Shown: positions 51,015-64,000 of the stretch, piece after piece | Layout of the letters: the number at the start of each line of letters is the position of its first letter | Numbering within the stretch: the stretch's first letter is position 1 | Origin: Octopus bimaculoides | Lineage: Eukaryota | Assembly: GCF_001194135.2 (NCBI RefSeq) | Contig: NC_068987.1 | Location: forward strand, 5,812,718 to 5,876,717 | Reading direction: 5' to 3' | Length of the DNA: 64,000 nucleotides | Translations under genes and position numbers: made by a program | The notes under the pieces: model-generated | What the model saw: the letters and a program-made list of their open reading frames with translations, nothing else | Told to the model about the DNA's origin: nothing | Database searches by the model: none

Positions 51015-51255
51015 CAGGGCCGGCCTTAAGCCAATTGGACCGATTGCTCCCAGTCGAGTCCCGCGCCTAAGGGGGGGGGCACTCTCAAGGAAACCACATC
51101 CTATACTGCGACATTTCATGAAGGTGTTCTCCTTGAAGTTTAAAAAACTCTATATAAAAATGCTCCTTAAAAAAAAAAACATACTTCCTACACTTTAGCG
51201 ACACAAGATACCGAAAGATAAACGCATTCAGCCAAAATTGCTTGGGCCAGCCTTG
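51015..51255. mobile_element. Possible hAT-type MITE
   Basis: Ends CAGGGCCGGCC and GGCCAGCCTTG form an 11-bp inverted repeat (9/11). No target-site duplication is visible. Confidence 0.35.
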
Positions 51256-51859
51256 CTTGTATTTTTGTGTAAGTGTCAATTGTATGTATGCGTGTGTGTT
51301 TGTGAATGTTTGGGTAAACTATTTGTGTGTATGTGAGAGTATGTATGTGGTTGTTTAGTGTCTGGTGAATTGTATGTATATATGTGTGCGTATCTTAGTG
51401 TGTATGTGTGTGTATGTATATATATATATGTGTGTATGTATTAAAGAAAGCAAAAACTAAAACAAAAATGATAAAAGCAAAAGGCTAAATGTATGTGTAA
51501 AAGAATTCAGTGCTCAGTATTTTGGCCACAGCAATTTCTGTCAAAGCGACATGGTTACACAAAGGTTAAAAGTTGAATTATTTTTCATAGTGGTTTTGTT
51601 TGGTTGAGGCCTTTGTGTTTGTGTGAATGTATGCATATGTATGTTTATGCTTGTATGAGTATGATTGTACGTATATGTATTTCTAGTGTGTGGTGAGTTG
51701 TATACATACACACACGCGTGCATGTGTGTGTGTGTGTGTGTGTGTGTTCGCGTGTACAGTGAGAGAGAGAGATGGGGAGTTGAGATAAAATTTCTTGTTC
51801 AAAAGCGAAAATCTCTTTGCAATGGCACTCATTGAGTTTTTTGGACAAGCACAACCACA

Positions 51860-52007
51860 GCTTCTTTCAGTTTCCGTCTACCAAAGTCACTCACATCTTT
51901 GGTCGGCCCGACGCTATTATAGCAAACACTTGTACAAAGTACCACTCAGTAGAACCGAACCTAGAACCATGTGGCTTGGAAGCAAACTTCTTACCACACA
52001 ACCACGC
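51860..52007 (-). mobile_element. SINE family A 5' half
   Basis: ttctttcagtttccgtctaccaaa...ctagaaccatgtgg...cttaccacacaaccacgcc. Confidence 0.8.
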
Positions 52008-53806
52008 CTTTTATTTTTGGATGAGATATTGTGTTTTCTTTTCCTTCTATAGAAATTTAACCCGAACACCCCGTATCTATTTATCCTAAGAATGCCATTC
52101 ATAGCGGGATTAATATTTCGGATCATGTCGATGATAAATGATGATGTATATTATCTCAGTAGTTTTCCACTGGCACAGGCATAATATTTCAATTGAAAAT
52201 GTGTGTACATGCATAGCAGAATATCTTCATAAGTAAGTATGTTACCGAGCATATGTACAGGTTTATATATGTCGCATTCAACGTTTTCTAGTAATTTAAA
52301 TATTCTATATTGAAATTATACTTTATATGCATAACTTCCTAATTTGTGTGTCAATTCAATCGTTGTTCAGTCTTTCTTTCAATAAAGAGATGCACACTGT
52401 AGCACCAGAACTAACTGAGGCTATGCAAATTATTACAAAAACATAACATAGTCTACACCGTAATATTGATTTTATTGCAGATTATAAGTTATTATATCTA
52501 CTCTATTCATTCTTAATTCGGAATGTAGCTAATTCTATGTCCCTCCATCCCTGATAATTTAGTTACTTAACCTTTTTCCTGCGTCCTTGTATCATATATG
52601 ATGCACATACTCAGTTTGTTTCAGCCACCAGAGTAGCTTGGAATTTATGAAAGCAGAGCTTTGTGTTACTCTGAGTGCATGAAAAAATGTATCTCTAAAA
52701 TTCTGAAAATGCTCATAGACGTTTAAAACAAACTGATAAAAGTGTTTTGGACAGGAAAATTGTTAAATTATTTTTCATACAACCTTCTCTCACTACAAAC
52801 GTATTTCAGAGACTGAGCCATTTTACGCTCCCTAAAGTTAGAGGTAATTTAACTTAGACCACATCATTAACTTAATAATGGCTCTATCTACTGATATATT
52901 TTATTTACAATATATTTTAAAATCTCTTCAATAATGTGGTTGCTTCTTCTCCATAATTTCATGGAAAAATCACAACGCTTCTCGTTATTTCCTATCAGTT
53001 CTTGTTTAAATTAAAAATCCACATCATTATCATCATGATAATTACCATCATGGTCGCCATCGGCATCACCTTGATTATCATCATTAATAAGACTGTAATT
53101 TTACGGATTATTAACCTCTTATTTAGCGTAAATATTTTCAATATTTTTATTTAAACAGCATTCTCATCATTTTCATTTCTATTCGTGATTCAAATCAGAG
53201 GTGAAATCGATCCGAAATCGATCGTTATAGAGATATAAATACTGTAAATATAAACTTTAAATATGGGGTTAATACAACGGAAAATTATAACCTTGGAAAC
53301 TCTTCAGACATTAAGATATTTATTCAACTAAAATCATGTTTTGTCGGCTAGTTCATTAAAATGGTATCTGCTGGATTTGTTCGTGTTCGACTCAGTCATG
53401 AACTCCTGTGATGTAATGAGATGTGATTCCCTCACTGTTTCTTCCATAACTACCTCGTATTTCGTTTCTTTCACTAATTATTATCAATATCACATTCCTC
53501 TTTTTGTCTTCTTTCACTTGTTACCGTCATCGGACTGCAGTGATGCTGACAGACGGCTCTGGAGGGATTTTCGTCGAACAAATTCACCCCAGTACTTAGG
53601 ATTTAATTTGCTCCTTATTCTATCGGCCCCCTTTTCTCGGAAACAAACAACACCGGTTTTTAGAACTTGGGAGAGCAAATACACACACTCTCTCTCTCTC
53701 TCTCTCTCTCCCTCTCTCTCTCTCTCACTCTCTCNNNNNNNNNNNNNNNNNNNNNNNNNNNNNNNNNNNNNNNNNNNNNNNNNNNNNNNNNNNNNNNNNN
53801 NNNNNN

Positions 53807-53837
<31 letters not shown>

Positions 53838-54019
53838 ACGTTTCTAACATTTATCTGCCATTTTAATGAATAATTGATTGCTGGTTAATTAATTTTATGT
53901 TGGACTATTTGATTTAGAATCAGCTCCATTCTACATTTCATAATAATACATTTAATTGAAATTATATCTTAGCTAGCTAGTACACCATTCCTGAGGATAT
54001 TGTTAACGAAATACGTAGG

Positions 54020-54200
54020 TGGTGACCTGGTGGAATTGTTAGAGAGTCGAGCGGCATTTCTTTTCGCTCTTTACGTTCTGAGTCCAAATTCCGCTAAGGC
54101 CGTTGTTACTTTTCATCCTTTCAGGCTACATAAAATTAGTACCAGTCAAGCAGTTGTGTCAAGTTACTCGACCAAACACCTCTCCGCAAAGTTGCTCGTC
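54020..54200 (+). mobile_element. SINE family B monomer, degraded
   Basis: ctttacgttctgagtccaaattccgctaagg...tttcatcctttcagg. Confidence 0.7.
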
Positions 54201-55004
54201 TTCCACCAAGATTTCGAACCATTGTTAATAGAATTCCCAACATCTTTTGTGCACTATATAATAACATATGTATTTCAGTCTTCGTTCCGAAGTTAAATGA
54301 ATACGTAGTGATTATCATCTGTGTTGCTTCGATAAAACAGATACCAGTAATAAATTGGGGTAGATTTTTTTCGACTACATTCAACCGTTAAAACAAACTG
54401 TCGTTTTCTAATATTTGACTTGTGATTAACCAAAGAAAATTATTACGACGATCACCACCCAACTGACACAAGATCCTGGTGTTACGCTGATTTTATTCAA
54501 TAAATCGATTTAGTTTTATGCCACAAAAATCAATAAATAAAACAGTTCCATTCGCAAAACTGTATTTGTATTTATGGTTTTTTTGTTTTTACAGGAAATT
54601 AATGTCGTTTAAATATTAAATTTACCATTTCGATGCAATGATTCTTTTTTCAAAAGTGTTATAAATATATATTCTTGTTTACAGGAAACGAAAACAAAAT
54701 TTATAATGATAACGTTTAAATAATTACGAGAAAACACAAATCGCTGATTAATTCCTCTTACACGATTGGTTATAAGACAGACTACACTTTGACAATTACT
54801 ATTCACAGGAGATTCGTAAATTTGTATAAAATTAAAAACAAAACGATGAACTGAAATATGCAACTTTTATAAACTACAATAAAAAATGCCGTTGCATTAA
54901 CGTAAATTACAATTATTGTGAGTAAGAATAAAAGGTTTTTACATAGATTTTCCACATGACTATTTTAGTTTCTCTTGTTACTTCGGCTTTAGGTGTGGGC
55001 ACGT

Positions 55005-55085
55005 GACTTAGTGGTCGGGGTGTAGTCGGATCAAGATCGCTACGTCGTGAGTTCGATAGCCGGCAGTACGTTGTGTCTTTGAGAA
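55005..55085 (+). mobile_element. SINE family D head fragment
   Basis: gtgacttagtggtcgggg...gtgagttcgatagccggc...ttgtgtctttgag. Confidence 0.5.
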
Positions 55086-55124
55086 ATAAAAGAATATATT
55101 ACATACGTAAATATAAATATTTTT

Positions 55125-55345
55125 ACTCGTTTCAGTCATTTGACTGCAGCCATGCTGGAGCACCACCTTAAAGGATTTTTTAGTCGACGAAGCCGACCCC
55201 AGGACCTCTGTAAGCATAGTACCTATTCTATCGGTCTCTTTTGCCTTACGTAGATGTAAACAAACCAACATCGGTTGTGAAGCGATGGTGGCGTGACAAG
55301 CACAGACACAAAGACATACCTAAACACACGCACACACACACACAC

Positions 55346-55395
<50 letters not shown>

Positions 55396-55562
55396 GTATA
55401 TATATATACGATGAGCTTTCAGTTTCCATCTACCAAATCCACTCCCAAGGCTTTGGTTGGCCCGAAGCTGTAGTTGAAGACATTTATCCAAGGTGCCTTG
55501 CAGTGGCACTAAACCAGGAACAATGTGATTGGGAAGCAACCTTCTTGCCACACAGCCACGCC
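55125..55562 (-). mobile_element. SINE family A, complete
   Basis: Reverse complement of head, (CA)n(TA)n core and tail. Confidence 0.85.
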
Positions 55563-56413
55563 TTTAAACTCTTAATGGTTTCAGTCAGAGACTGAAGTTA
55601 TATTTTAAGGGCTATAAACAACACTTCACACTAGTTCTTGATTCCTAAAATTATTAGAATTTCACACACCGTTAATAAATATTCAACTCAGATGTATGCA
55701 TTATTTTAGCGGTGGTCGTAAGATAGATTGAATTTAAAGTTTTTTTTCCTGAAAAATATAATACCACACGTTAAATACTTTCATGTTAGTCTAGGTATGA
55801 AGAAATGCCGTTGAGAATAGTAGACACTAGCGTTTGATATCGCTTTTATATATTTCTGTTGCATTAATATTATCACTGCTGTTTTAAAGATCTGGAAATC
55901 ATTTCCACTATAACGATTTGAAGAGCCGCCTGGAACTATGAAAAGAAAATTATGTTGAAACACATTGAAAAAACCTCTGTGTGTCTGTGTGTATCTGTGT
56001 ATGTGTGTGTGTGCCTGAGTCCATATATATGGGACAATATATTGTTTATAAATGTGTGTATATATACATACATATATATAAATATATACATAAGTATATA
56101 CATATACATACATATATATGTATATGTATATACATATATATATATATATATATATANNNNNNNNNNNNNNNNNNNNNNNNNNNNNNNNNNNNNNNNNNNN
56201 NNNNNNNNNNNNNNNNNNNNNNNNNNNNNNNNNNNNNNNNNNNNNNNNNNNNNNNNNNNNNNNNNNNNNNNNNNNNNNNNNNNNNNNNNNNNNNNNNNNN
56301 NNNNNNNNNNNNNNNNNNNNNNNNNNNNNNNNNNNNNNNNNNNNNNNNNNNNNNNNNNNNNNNNNNNNNNNNNNNNNNNNNNNNNNNNNNNNNNNNNNAT
56401 ATATATATATATA

Positions 56414-56508
56414 CAGTAATTCCTCGACTACCGTCGGTGTTACGTTCCAAAAGCCCCCGCGATGGGTGAACCGCGATAGGTGAACCGCGATATGGCAAGG
56501 GATTACTG
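56414..56508. mobile_element. Short Tc1/pogo (Tigger-like) MITE
   Basis: TIRs CAGTAATTCCTCG and CAAGGGATTACTG, preceded by TA. Internal direct repeat ggtgaaccgcgata occurs twice. Confidence 0.7.
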
Positions 56509-57541
56509 TGCTTCTTTGTCTTCGCCTGTATATGAGTTGTGTATATTTATTCTCTAAAGTGTGTATGGGTTGAGCTGACGTATGTGTCATTACATACACA
56601 TAGAAAAAAAAAACAAAAATAAAAGCATTGATTCAGTTTGGTCTTCATAATACAAATTCATAAACATCTTAAGTACAGCCTCATCGATTCTCGCTATACA
56701 TTTTAAACGACATTATAATCTTTTTAGTCTTCCATTATAATTCCATTCACACCTAAGATGCATAATAAGAATTTTAAATCGAACCAAATACTTGACTGGT
56801 ACTTTATTCGATTTACCAAATTTAACCTCGATAGCATTAAAATTCACAACATGGTGTCGATTCTAACTAATTATCGCAGCAATATCGTTCTACTTTCTAA
56901 TTATTGTGTCAGTGTATTGATTAGATCTTATTTAGTTTTTAGGGTAAATTATGAGAAAGGATAAAAAAAATATAAATCAAAAATACACTTGATGAGATTC
57001 CGAAGAAACTAGTGTTGGCCTGCATCGGTAAAAGTCATTAAACAAAATTTGTAAAATTTGAAGAAGTCCGTATGAGATATTAAGACGAGAGGATTAACGT
57101 TTCGATGAAGCTTCCTCCAAGCAACCGAAAAAAAAAATTCAAGTGTATCGATTTGTAATGAACAAATACGTTTTGATGAATGTGTGATAACGAGAAAAGA
57201 ATATGAAGAAAGGGAGGCTGGTAAACAAGAGGAGAAGGGTTGGCAAAGAAATTAATATGAAAAGCGGTAAAGAGAAGGCACGAGGTGGGAAAAGAATATT
57301 ATACAAACAACAAGAGACATTACAAGGTTTTAATTGATTAATCAAAAGGTCGTAATTACGAACGTACACACATATATAAATATATACATAGATAAGTGCT
57401 TGTATACCAAGCATGTGCAAATCCCAGACTTAGAAATTTCAAATATCTTGATAGGTAATTGTATTCATTCATTCTCTAAGCAAAGGAATTATGCAGCTAC
57501 TGTTTACGAGAAAAGAAAAGTTTAATTTTCTAATAATAATA

Positions 57542-58035
57542 GGCATGGCTGTGTGGTAAGGAGCTTCCTTGCCAACCACATGGTTCCGGGTTCAGTCCCA
57601 CTGCGTGACACGTTGGGCAAATGTCTTCTACTATAGCCTCGGGCCGACCAAAGCCTTGTGAGTGAATTTGGTAGACAGAAACTGGAAGAAGCCCGTCGCA
57701 TATATATATATATATATATATANNNNNNNNNNNNNNNNNNNNNNNNNNNNNNNNNNNNNNNNNNNNNNNNNNNNNNNNNNNNNNNNNNNNNNNNNNNNNN
57801 NNNNNNNNNNNNNNNNNNNNNNNNNNNNNNNNNNNNNNNNNNNNNNNNNNNNNNNNNNNNNNNNNNNNNNNNNNCCCCCATAACGTAGCGGTTCGCTATA
57901 ACAGAACAATAGAATAAGTTCTAGGCTTACAGAGAGTAAGTTTTGGGGTCTATTTCTTAGACTAACACCCTTTCAGTCGGTGTTCCAGCATGGCCGCAGT
58001 CAAATGACTGAAACAAGTACAAAAATAATAAAAGA

Positions 58036-58106
<71 letters not shown>

Positions 58107-58171
58107 TGATGATGATGATGAACCCGGAACAATGTGGTGGGAAGCAAGCTTCTTATCACACAGCCACGCCT
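57542..58171. mobile_element. SINE family A (+, 57542-58030) followed by (AAT)n(GAT)n and an inverted family A head (58120-58171)
   Basis: Head and tail matches to 10691-11086 in both orientations. Confidence 0.85.
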
Positions 58172-58172
58172 G

Positions 58173-58204
<32 letters not shown>

Positions 58205-59194
58205 GACACACACACATATATATACCTACACACACAAACATATATATATTTCCCTGTGTGTGCGCGCGCGCATGTATGCGTGAATAGGCGTCTATATGCA
58301 TGTATGTGTATTTGTAATACACATACCTGAAATCATATTAATGTAAATGGGGAGAAAAAAGAAATGTAGCTGTAGAGGAAAGACAATGTGTGTGTGTGTG
58401 TGTGTGTAGAGGAAGTGACAATAAGTGTGTATTTGAATGTGCATGTCCCTACTAATGCTAACGAAATTGACAATATATAAACCAAATTAGGAAAATGAAC
58501 ATGATTCATTGGTGTTTATTGGAGAAGCTGTGCCAATCTATCTTTATTAAATTATCAACGGATTTGCTGAGTTCGGTTTTATCAAATTTGATTTTCAACC
58601 TGTTTTTGTGATGTTTTCTCTTAGGGATTATGTTGTGTTGCTTTTCCATCACCAACCTAATTAAAATGTCTTAAAACACTGCGTGGAAGAAATTCTAGAC
58701 GAAGTCAAGTTGATGGAGTGATTCTGTTCCCTTCCCAGTGGATTTTCATTTTGTAGTATTTCTTAACGATCCTTTAACAACGGCTATTCTATTAAGTGAA
58801 AGTCGTCTTATTAAGTAGCTTCTATCAAGATTATTTTATCTCTGGTAGAATATAGAATCAAACGCTGTACGACGCCTCAACTAAAATTTGTATCTGTGGA
58901 GCCTATATTTTGAAAAGTTATGCGTTTTTGTTGTTGCAATAATGTCACCTCTGTAGTAATTCAATAGTTTTAAACTTTTTAGTCAAGTCTGGATTAATCT
59001 CAAATGGAAAATCATAAAAGATATACTGGCGTATATATTTATACCGCAGAAAAAATGTATTTTTTATAATATTGTTGTTATAAAAATATTGAATTCCGAT
59101 TACGTTATCGTCAATTCAATACATCCAAGTAGCTGAATGAAAAATGCCATCGATCAAAAAATTCGTACTGGGAAGTACCTAAATATTCTTTTCT

Positions 59195-59845
59195 ACTGTA
59201 GGCACAAGGGCCGAATTTTTTGGGAGAAGGGGCCAATCAATTAGATCGACCCCAGTATACAACTGGTACTTAATTTATCGACCCCGAAAGAAAGAAAGCC
59301 AAAGTCGATCTCGGCAGAATTTGAATTCAGAACGTATAGACAGACGAAATACCGCTAAGCATTTCGCCCGGCGTACGAACGTTACTGCCAACTCGCCGCC
59401 TTAAATACATCAATCCTTTCTACTAGAGGCACAAGGCCTGAAATTTCGGGGGTGTGGACTCGTCGATTACATCGACCTCAGTGTTTCACTGGTACTTAAT
59501 TTATCGACCCCGAAAGGATGAAAGGCAAAGTCGACCTCGGCGGAATTTGAACTCTGAACGTAAAGACAGGCGAAATACCGCTAAGCATTTTGTCTGAAAT
59601 GCTAATGTTTCTTTTTTATTTATTGTCCACAAGGGGCTAAACATAGAGGGGACAAACAAGGACAGACAAAGGGATTAAGTTGATTACATCGACCCCAGTG
59701 CGTAACTGGTACTTAATTTATCAACCCCGTAAGGATGAAAGGCAAAGTCGATCTCGGCGGAATTTGAACTCAGAACATAAAGGCGAACGAAATGTTGCTA
59801 AACATTTTGTACGGCATGTTAATGATTTTGCCAGCACGCCACCTT
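59195..59845 (-). mobile_element. SINE family B dimer plus monomer
   Basis: Mirror of 28836-29393: three monomers with the same junctions. Confidence 0.9.
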
Positions 59846-59919
59846 GATGATGATGATGATGATGATGATGACGTCGACGATGGCGACGACGACGACGACA
59901 ATGATGATGATAATAAATA

Positions 59920-60478
59920 CCGTGATGCAGTACCAGGCATTTGCACTCATGACTTCTGATTTTAAATGGTTGGAAGTGTTATCATGTCCATTTTGTCTTT
60001 GTATAAAAGATGGGCTACAGCAAATATTCTGCTCAATACCACAGATTTGCTTGTCAGTTGTTTGACCGTAACCAGTTGAGCATGTCCCTTGGTGGCTGAC
60101 GATATGTGCCGATATGTGCATCTCTGATCACTAGTAGAAGTAGTGGCGGAGCATCATAGCCATGTGTTGAGAGGAATTCTTTGTAATTTGAATAATTCAC
60201 CTTTGGAAACATGAGTATTTCTTTCAACATCCTCAAACAACCCTTATTCAGGGACCTTTTGAGCGGGATGGGCTACTCGACGGGATGAAAACTCTAAATG
60301 GGCCCCACCTTCAATGCCATGCGCTATTTATCTTGGTATGAGATCACCATGTCGCGCACATATGGTTGTGATGCATGTGCCTGGTGTACCCTTATCAGAA
60401 GGGTAGTCATGATGTGTATACTGGGCTTCGTATATTTTACGCCAGTGTCACTTTGATGGCATTTACTGTTCACTTATT
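59920..60478. repeat. GC-richer block of about 560 bp between (GAT/GAC)n and (AAT)n tracts, probably an interspersed repeat (possible LINE 3' end)
   Basis: Composition differs from the flanks and it ends in (AAT)n. There is only one copy in the window, so repeat status is inferred. Confidence 0.35.
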
Positions 60479-60479
60479 A

Positions 60480-60569
<90 letters not shown>
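60480..60569. repeat. (AAT)n(TAT)n forming a perfect 70-bp palindrome (60480-60549)
   Basis: Read directly, with centre aatt at 60513-60516. Confidence 0.9.
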
Positions 60570-61774
60570 GGTGATGATGATGATTTCACGTTCACGAGTC
60601 TAAAAAATACATTGTGAGAAGAGAAAAGTCAATAATATGAAACTGGAGTATTTTATCGATGCGGAAAAATCGAAAAAGCGTAATCGACATCAGCTGGATT
60701 TGAAATCTCAAAATAAAATTACAATCACAGAAACAGGATAACCCTAAAATTTTTGATTGATGAATTAATAAAACCAGATTTAAAAAATAAAATATTATCA
60801 TTTATTGTTTTCAGATACTTTATAAATATTAAATTTCTGAATAATTATAATCAAAATTTAATAATCAAATTCTTGACAAGACTGTCATTTAGTTTGTTTA
60901 ATATTTTTAATCAGACTGTCAGCAGGCTTATTCTAATATTTATTTTTACCAACAGCACAAAGACAAATATCTATGGGAAGTAGTTAAGTCTATCAAATAG
61001 ACGTCACTGCATCATTCCTGCTTATTTTATAAAACATGAAAGAATGAAAGCCAACGTCATCCTCGGCGGAAGCTCTTTCTTCTTAAGCGGATATTAACCT
61101 TTGCCATTGTTACTGACCTGCAAATAAACACTGCTAATTTCTGAATGATTCAGAATTTACATTTTCCTTTAGATATGACATAAATAACAATAGGATTCAC
61201 ATCTTGAGAATACTGAAGCGGCAAAATGTCACAAATTCTTCAAATATTCTAATGATTTGTCTTAATTATGAAGAATCATTACAATGTTGGTTCATAGTTA
61301 AATGGCATTTTCCTAGCAGTGAATCAGTGAATCAATACAAAAGCAACTAATACTTTTTAATACCATACAATCATCAAGATCACCACCATCAGCACCACAT
61401 CCAGGAAATATTCTTGGTAGCTGTAGCTAATTATATTCATAACAGAATTTAAATAATCAATGCTCCTGACTTAGCTAACTTTTACATCACAGATATCTAT
61501 AATGCCCGTCTGAGAGGACAAGGAATCCAGTATCAGCTGAAAGGATTATTATTTAGAATAAATTAAGTTGTTTTCCTGGTTTCCTTCTACAGATCATAGA
61601 ATGCTCTGCTGATGCAACGTTTCCGTTTTCGTTGGATTTTGGGTATAACACCAACTAATCGGTTCTAATAAAGTGTATTGATAAATTTATTTAGACACTT
61701 CTTGCGAAATTCTTTGATAAAGAAATAATGATCATTTCCCTCATTATAGAGACTACAATACTATTTTTTTTCTT

Positions 61775-62150
61775 TTACTCTTTTACTTGTTTCAGTCATT
61801 TGATTGTGGCCATGCTGGAGCACCGCCTTTTAGTCGAGAAAATCGACCTCAGGCCTTATTCTTTGTAAGACTTGTACTTATTCTATTGGTGTCTTTTGCT
61901 GAACCGCTAAGTTACGGGGACGTAAACACACCAGCATCGGTTGTCAAGCGATGTTGGGAGACACACACACACATACATACATATATACGACGGGATTCTT
62001 TCAGTTTCCGTCTACCAAATCCACTCACAAGGCTTTGGTCGGTCCGAGGCTATAGTAGAAGACACTTGCCCAAGGTGCCACGCAGTGGGACTAAACCCAG
62101 AACCATGTGGTTGGTAAGCAAGCTACTTACCACACAGCCACTCCTGCGCC
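61775..62150 (-). mobile_element. SINE family A, complete, short internal microsatellite
   Basis: Close reverse-complement match to 10691-11086 over the full length. Confidence 0.9.
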
Positions 62151-62829
62151 TATGATTATATAAATCTTCTCATTCCTCTTCAAACATTCTCTTCTTTCCG
62201 TGAAGTAACTACAAAAGCTTGATTAAGCTTTTGTAGTTACTGGCCAATTTTCCTTGATTTCCAAGTAACATTTCATGTATGGGGAGTAAAGAGAGGAACT
62301 AAGGTTCTATCTTTGCTATCTTAAGAAAATCCTCACTCCATGAACTTCATAACAAAATCTTTTATCGCATAGGATAAAAGATTTTCGCATTTCTTTCAAA
62401 CGTGAAGATTAAAATAGAATATTTGCAACACAAACACAATAAAAAAGAAAAATGTCAGAGAAATGACAGCAAGAATAAAAGTGAAAAATAAAACTCAGGT
62501 GAAGGGGAAAATTGAAAATTAATTAAATAATCGAATATTTTTCAAATTTCGATAAGAAATGAGTAACAATAACAATGAAGATGAGTAAAATAATTGAAGA
62601 ATAACACTAAAATCTTCTCAGTAAACCGAAAATGTGTATGAAAAATATTTAAGAATCTTACAGGTGTATACACTCTTGGTGTGCACTAACATAAGTATAT
62701 TAACTAGAGAGGGAAAGATATCTCAGTATGCGTTGAAGTCATATTCCGTAATATCTTTGTAAGATAAAGCTTTAAACTCTCATTTCGAAGTATTGACTAT
62801 GTATTTAATTTCCTTCATCTGCACACATT

Positions 62830-62889
<60 letters not shown>

Positions 62890-63221
62890 NNNNNNNNNNN
62901 NNNNNNNNNNNNNNNNNNNNNNNNNNNNNNNNNNNNNNNNNNNNNNNNNNNNNNNNNNNNNNNNNNNNNNNNNNNNNNNNNNNNNNNNNNNNNNNNNNNN
63001 NNNNNNNNNNNNNNNNNNNNNNNNNNNNNNNNNNNNNNNNNNNNNNNNNNNNNNNNNNNNNNNNNNNNNNNNNNNNNNNNNNNNNNNNNNNNNNNNNNNN
63101 NNNNNNNNNNNNNNNNNNNNNNNNNNNNNNNNNNNNNNNNNNNNNNNNNNNNNNNNNNNNNNNNNNNNNNNNNNNNNNNNNNNNNNNNNNNNNNNNNNNN
63201 NNNNNNNNNNNNNNNNNNNNN

Positions 63222-63303
<82 letters not shown>

Positions 63304-64000
63304 GTATATGTATGACAACTTACTGATTGTCCTTTAAGATATATATATATACATATATCCAAAGTATTCCTATACTTCTGGATTAAAAGGAGAATAAAAC
63401 TTGGTAAATTATATTCTAATTCTCGAGAGTAACACTAACGCCTAGCTGTGAAATGACTAAAGCTTGAAATCGAAATCGCATCGCTGGCTTGCCTTGGTTA
63501 TACTTCACTGCAGATCTGGTTTCTGATAAAAGTTGATTTTATGCGAAGCAGCTTCTTGAAGACCAACATAGAAAATACATGTGTGCGTGTGTACGTATGC
63601 ACGTGTCTTTGCAATTATATGTGCGAGCGTGTATGTAATGCTATACTTTATATTCCTCTAGTGAATTTCGCTTGAAGTGCTGAGAATATATTGCTCTTAT
63701 GTCAGTATTTGATAACTGTTTAATGACATTCTACTGACTCGTATTTAAACTGGAAATCAATAGTTTTTTTCATTATTAATGCTATTGTGAGTTTTATTAT
63801 CTCAGAGGGTTTTTTTTTCAATTTATTGAAATCTATTTCTCTGGAATCCATAAGACTTCAGAATCCATCTCCATTTCATTTTCAAGTTATTTCATCAATC
63901 ACATATAAAAGTGAGAAAATACCAAAAAATATTTAAAAACATTATTCGTATTTCATTTCTTAATTTAGATCTGTAAACGCCTCGTGGATTACAATAAGTT

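Noticed and set aside
53341-53847. 168-aa plus ORF
   Set aside because: It includes a degraded SINE A tail, (CT)n and a gap.
57085-57125. Minus-strand ggaggaagcttcatcGAAACGTT resembling a PLE hammerhead end
   Set aside because: The CUGA core is disrupted and helix II is absent.

Overview
AT-rich, gap-ridden animal genomic DNA with many N runs and dense (CA)n/(TA)n/(GATA)n/(AAT)n microsatellites. By inference it is octopus, because the SINE repertoire resembles that described for octopods. I could not recognise any intact protein-coding gene, and most ORF-track entries are microsatellite or N artefacts. The window is dominated by about 40 full or partial copies of four tRNA-derived SINE types (called A-D here). 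It also holds several foldback/MITE elements and decayed transposon coding remnants: a Chapaev3-like DNA transposase at 13.9-14.7 kb, R4/Dong-like LINE RT pieces at 24.3 and 35.7 kb, and Penelope-like RT/GIY-YIG pieces at 4.3, 9.1 and 23.7 kb. The most interesting signal is a cluster of five minimal type I hammerhead-ribozyme-like motifs in the first 10 kb. Most have a palindromic helix III, two share an unusual G10.1-A11.1 opposition, and they sit among Penelope-like remnants. The second is a repeated inverted-repeat element that carries a tRNA-like cloverleaf with a 9-nt anticodon loop. A few isolated exon candidates are reported only as leads. All alignments were done by eye and no database searches were run.
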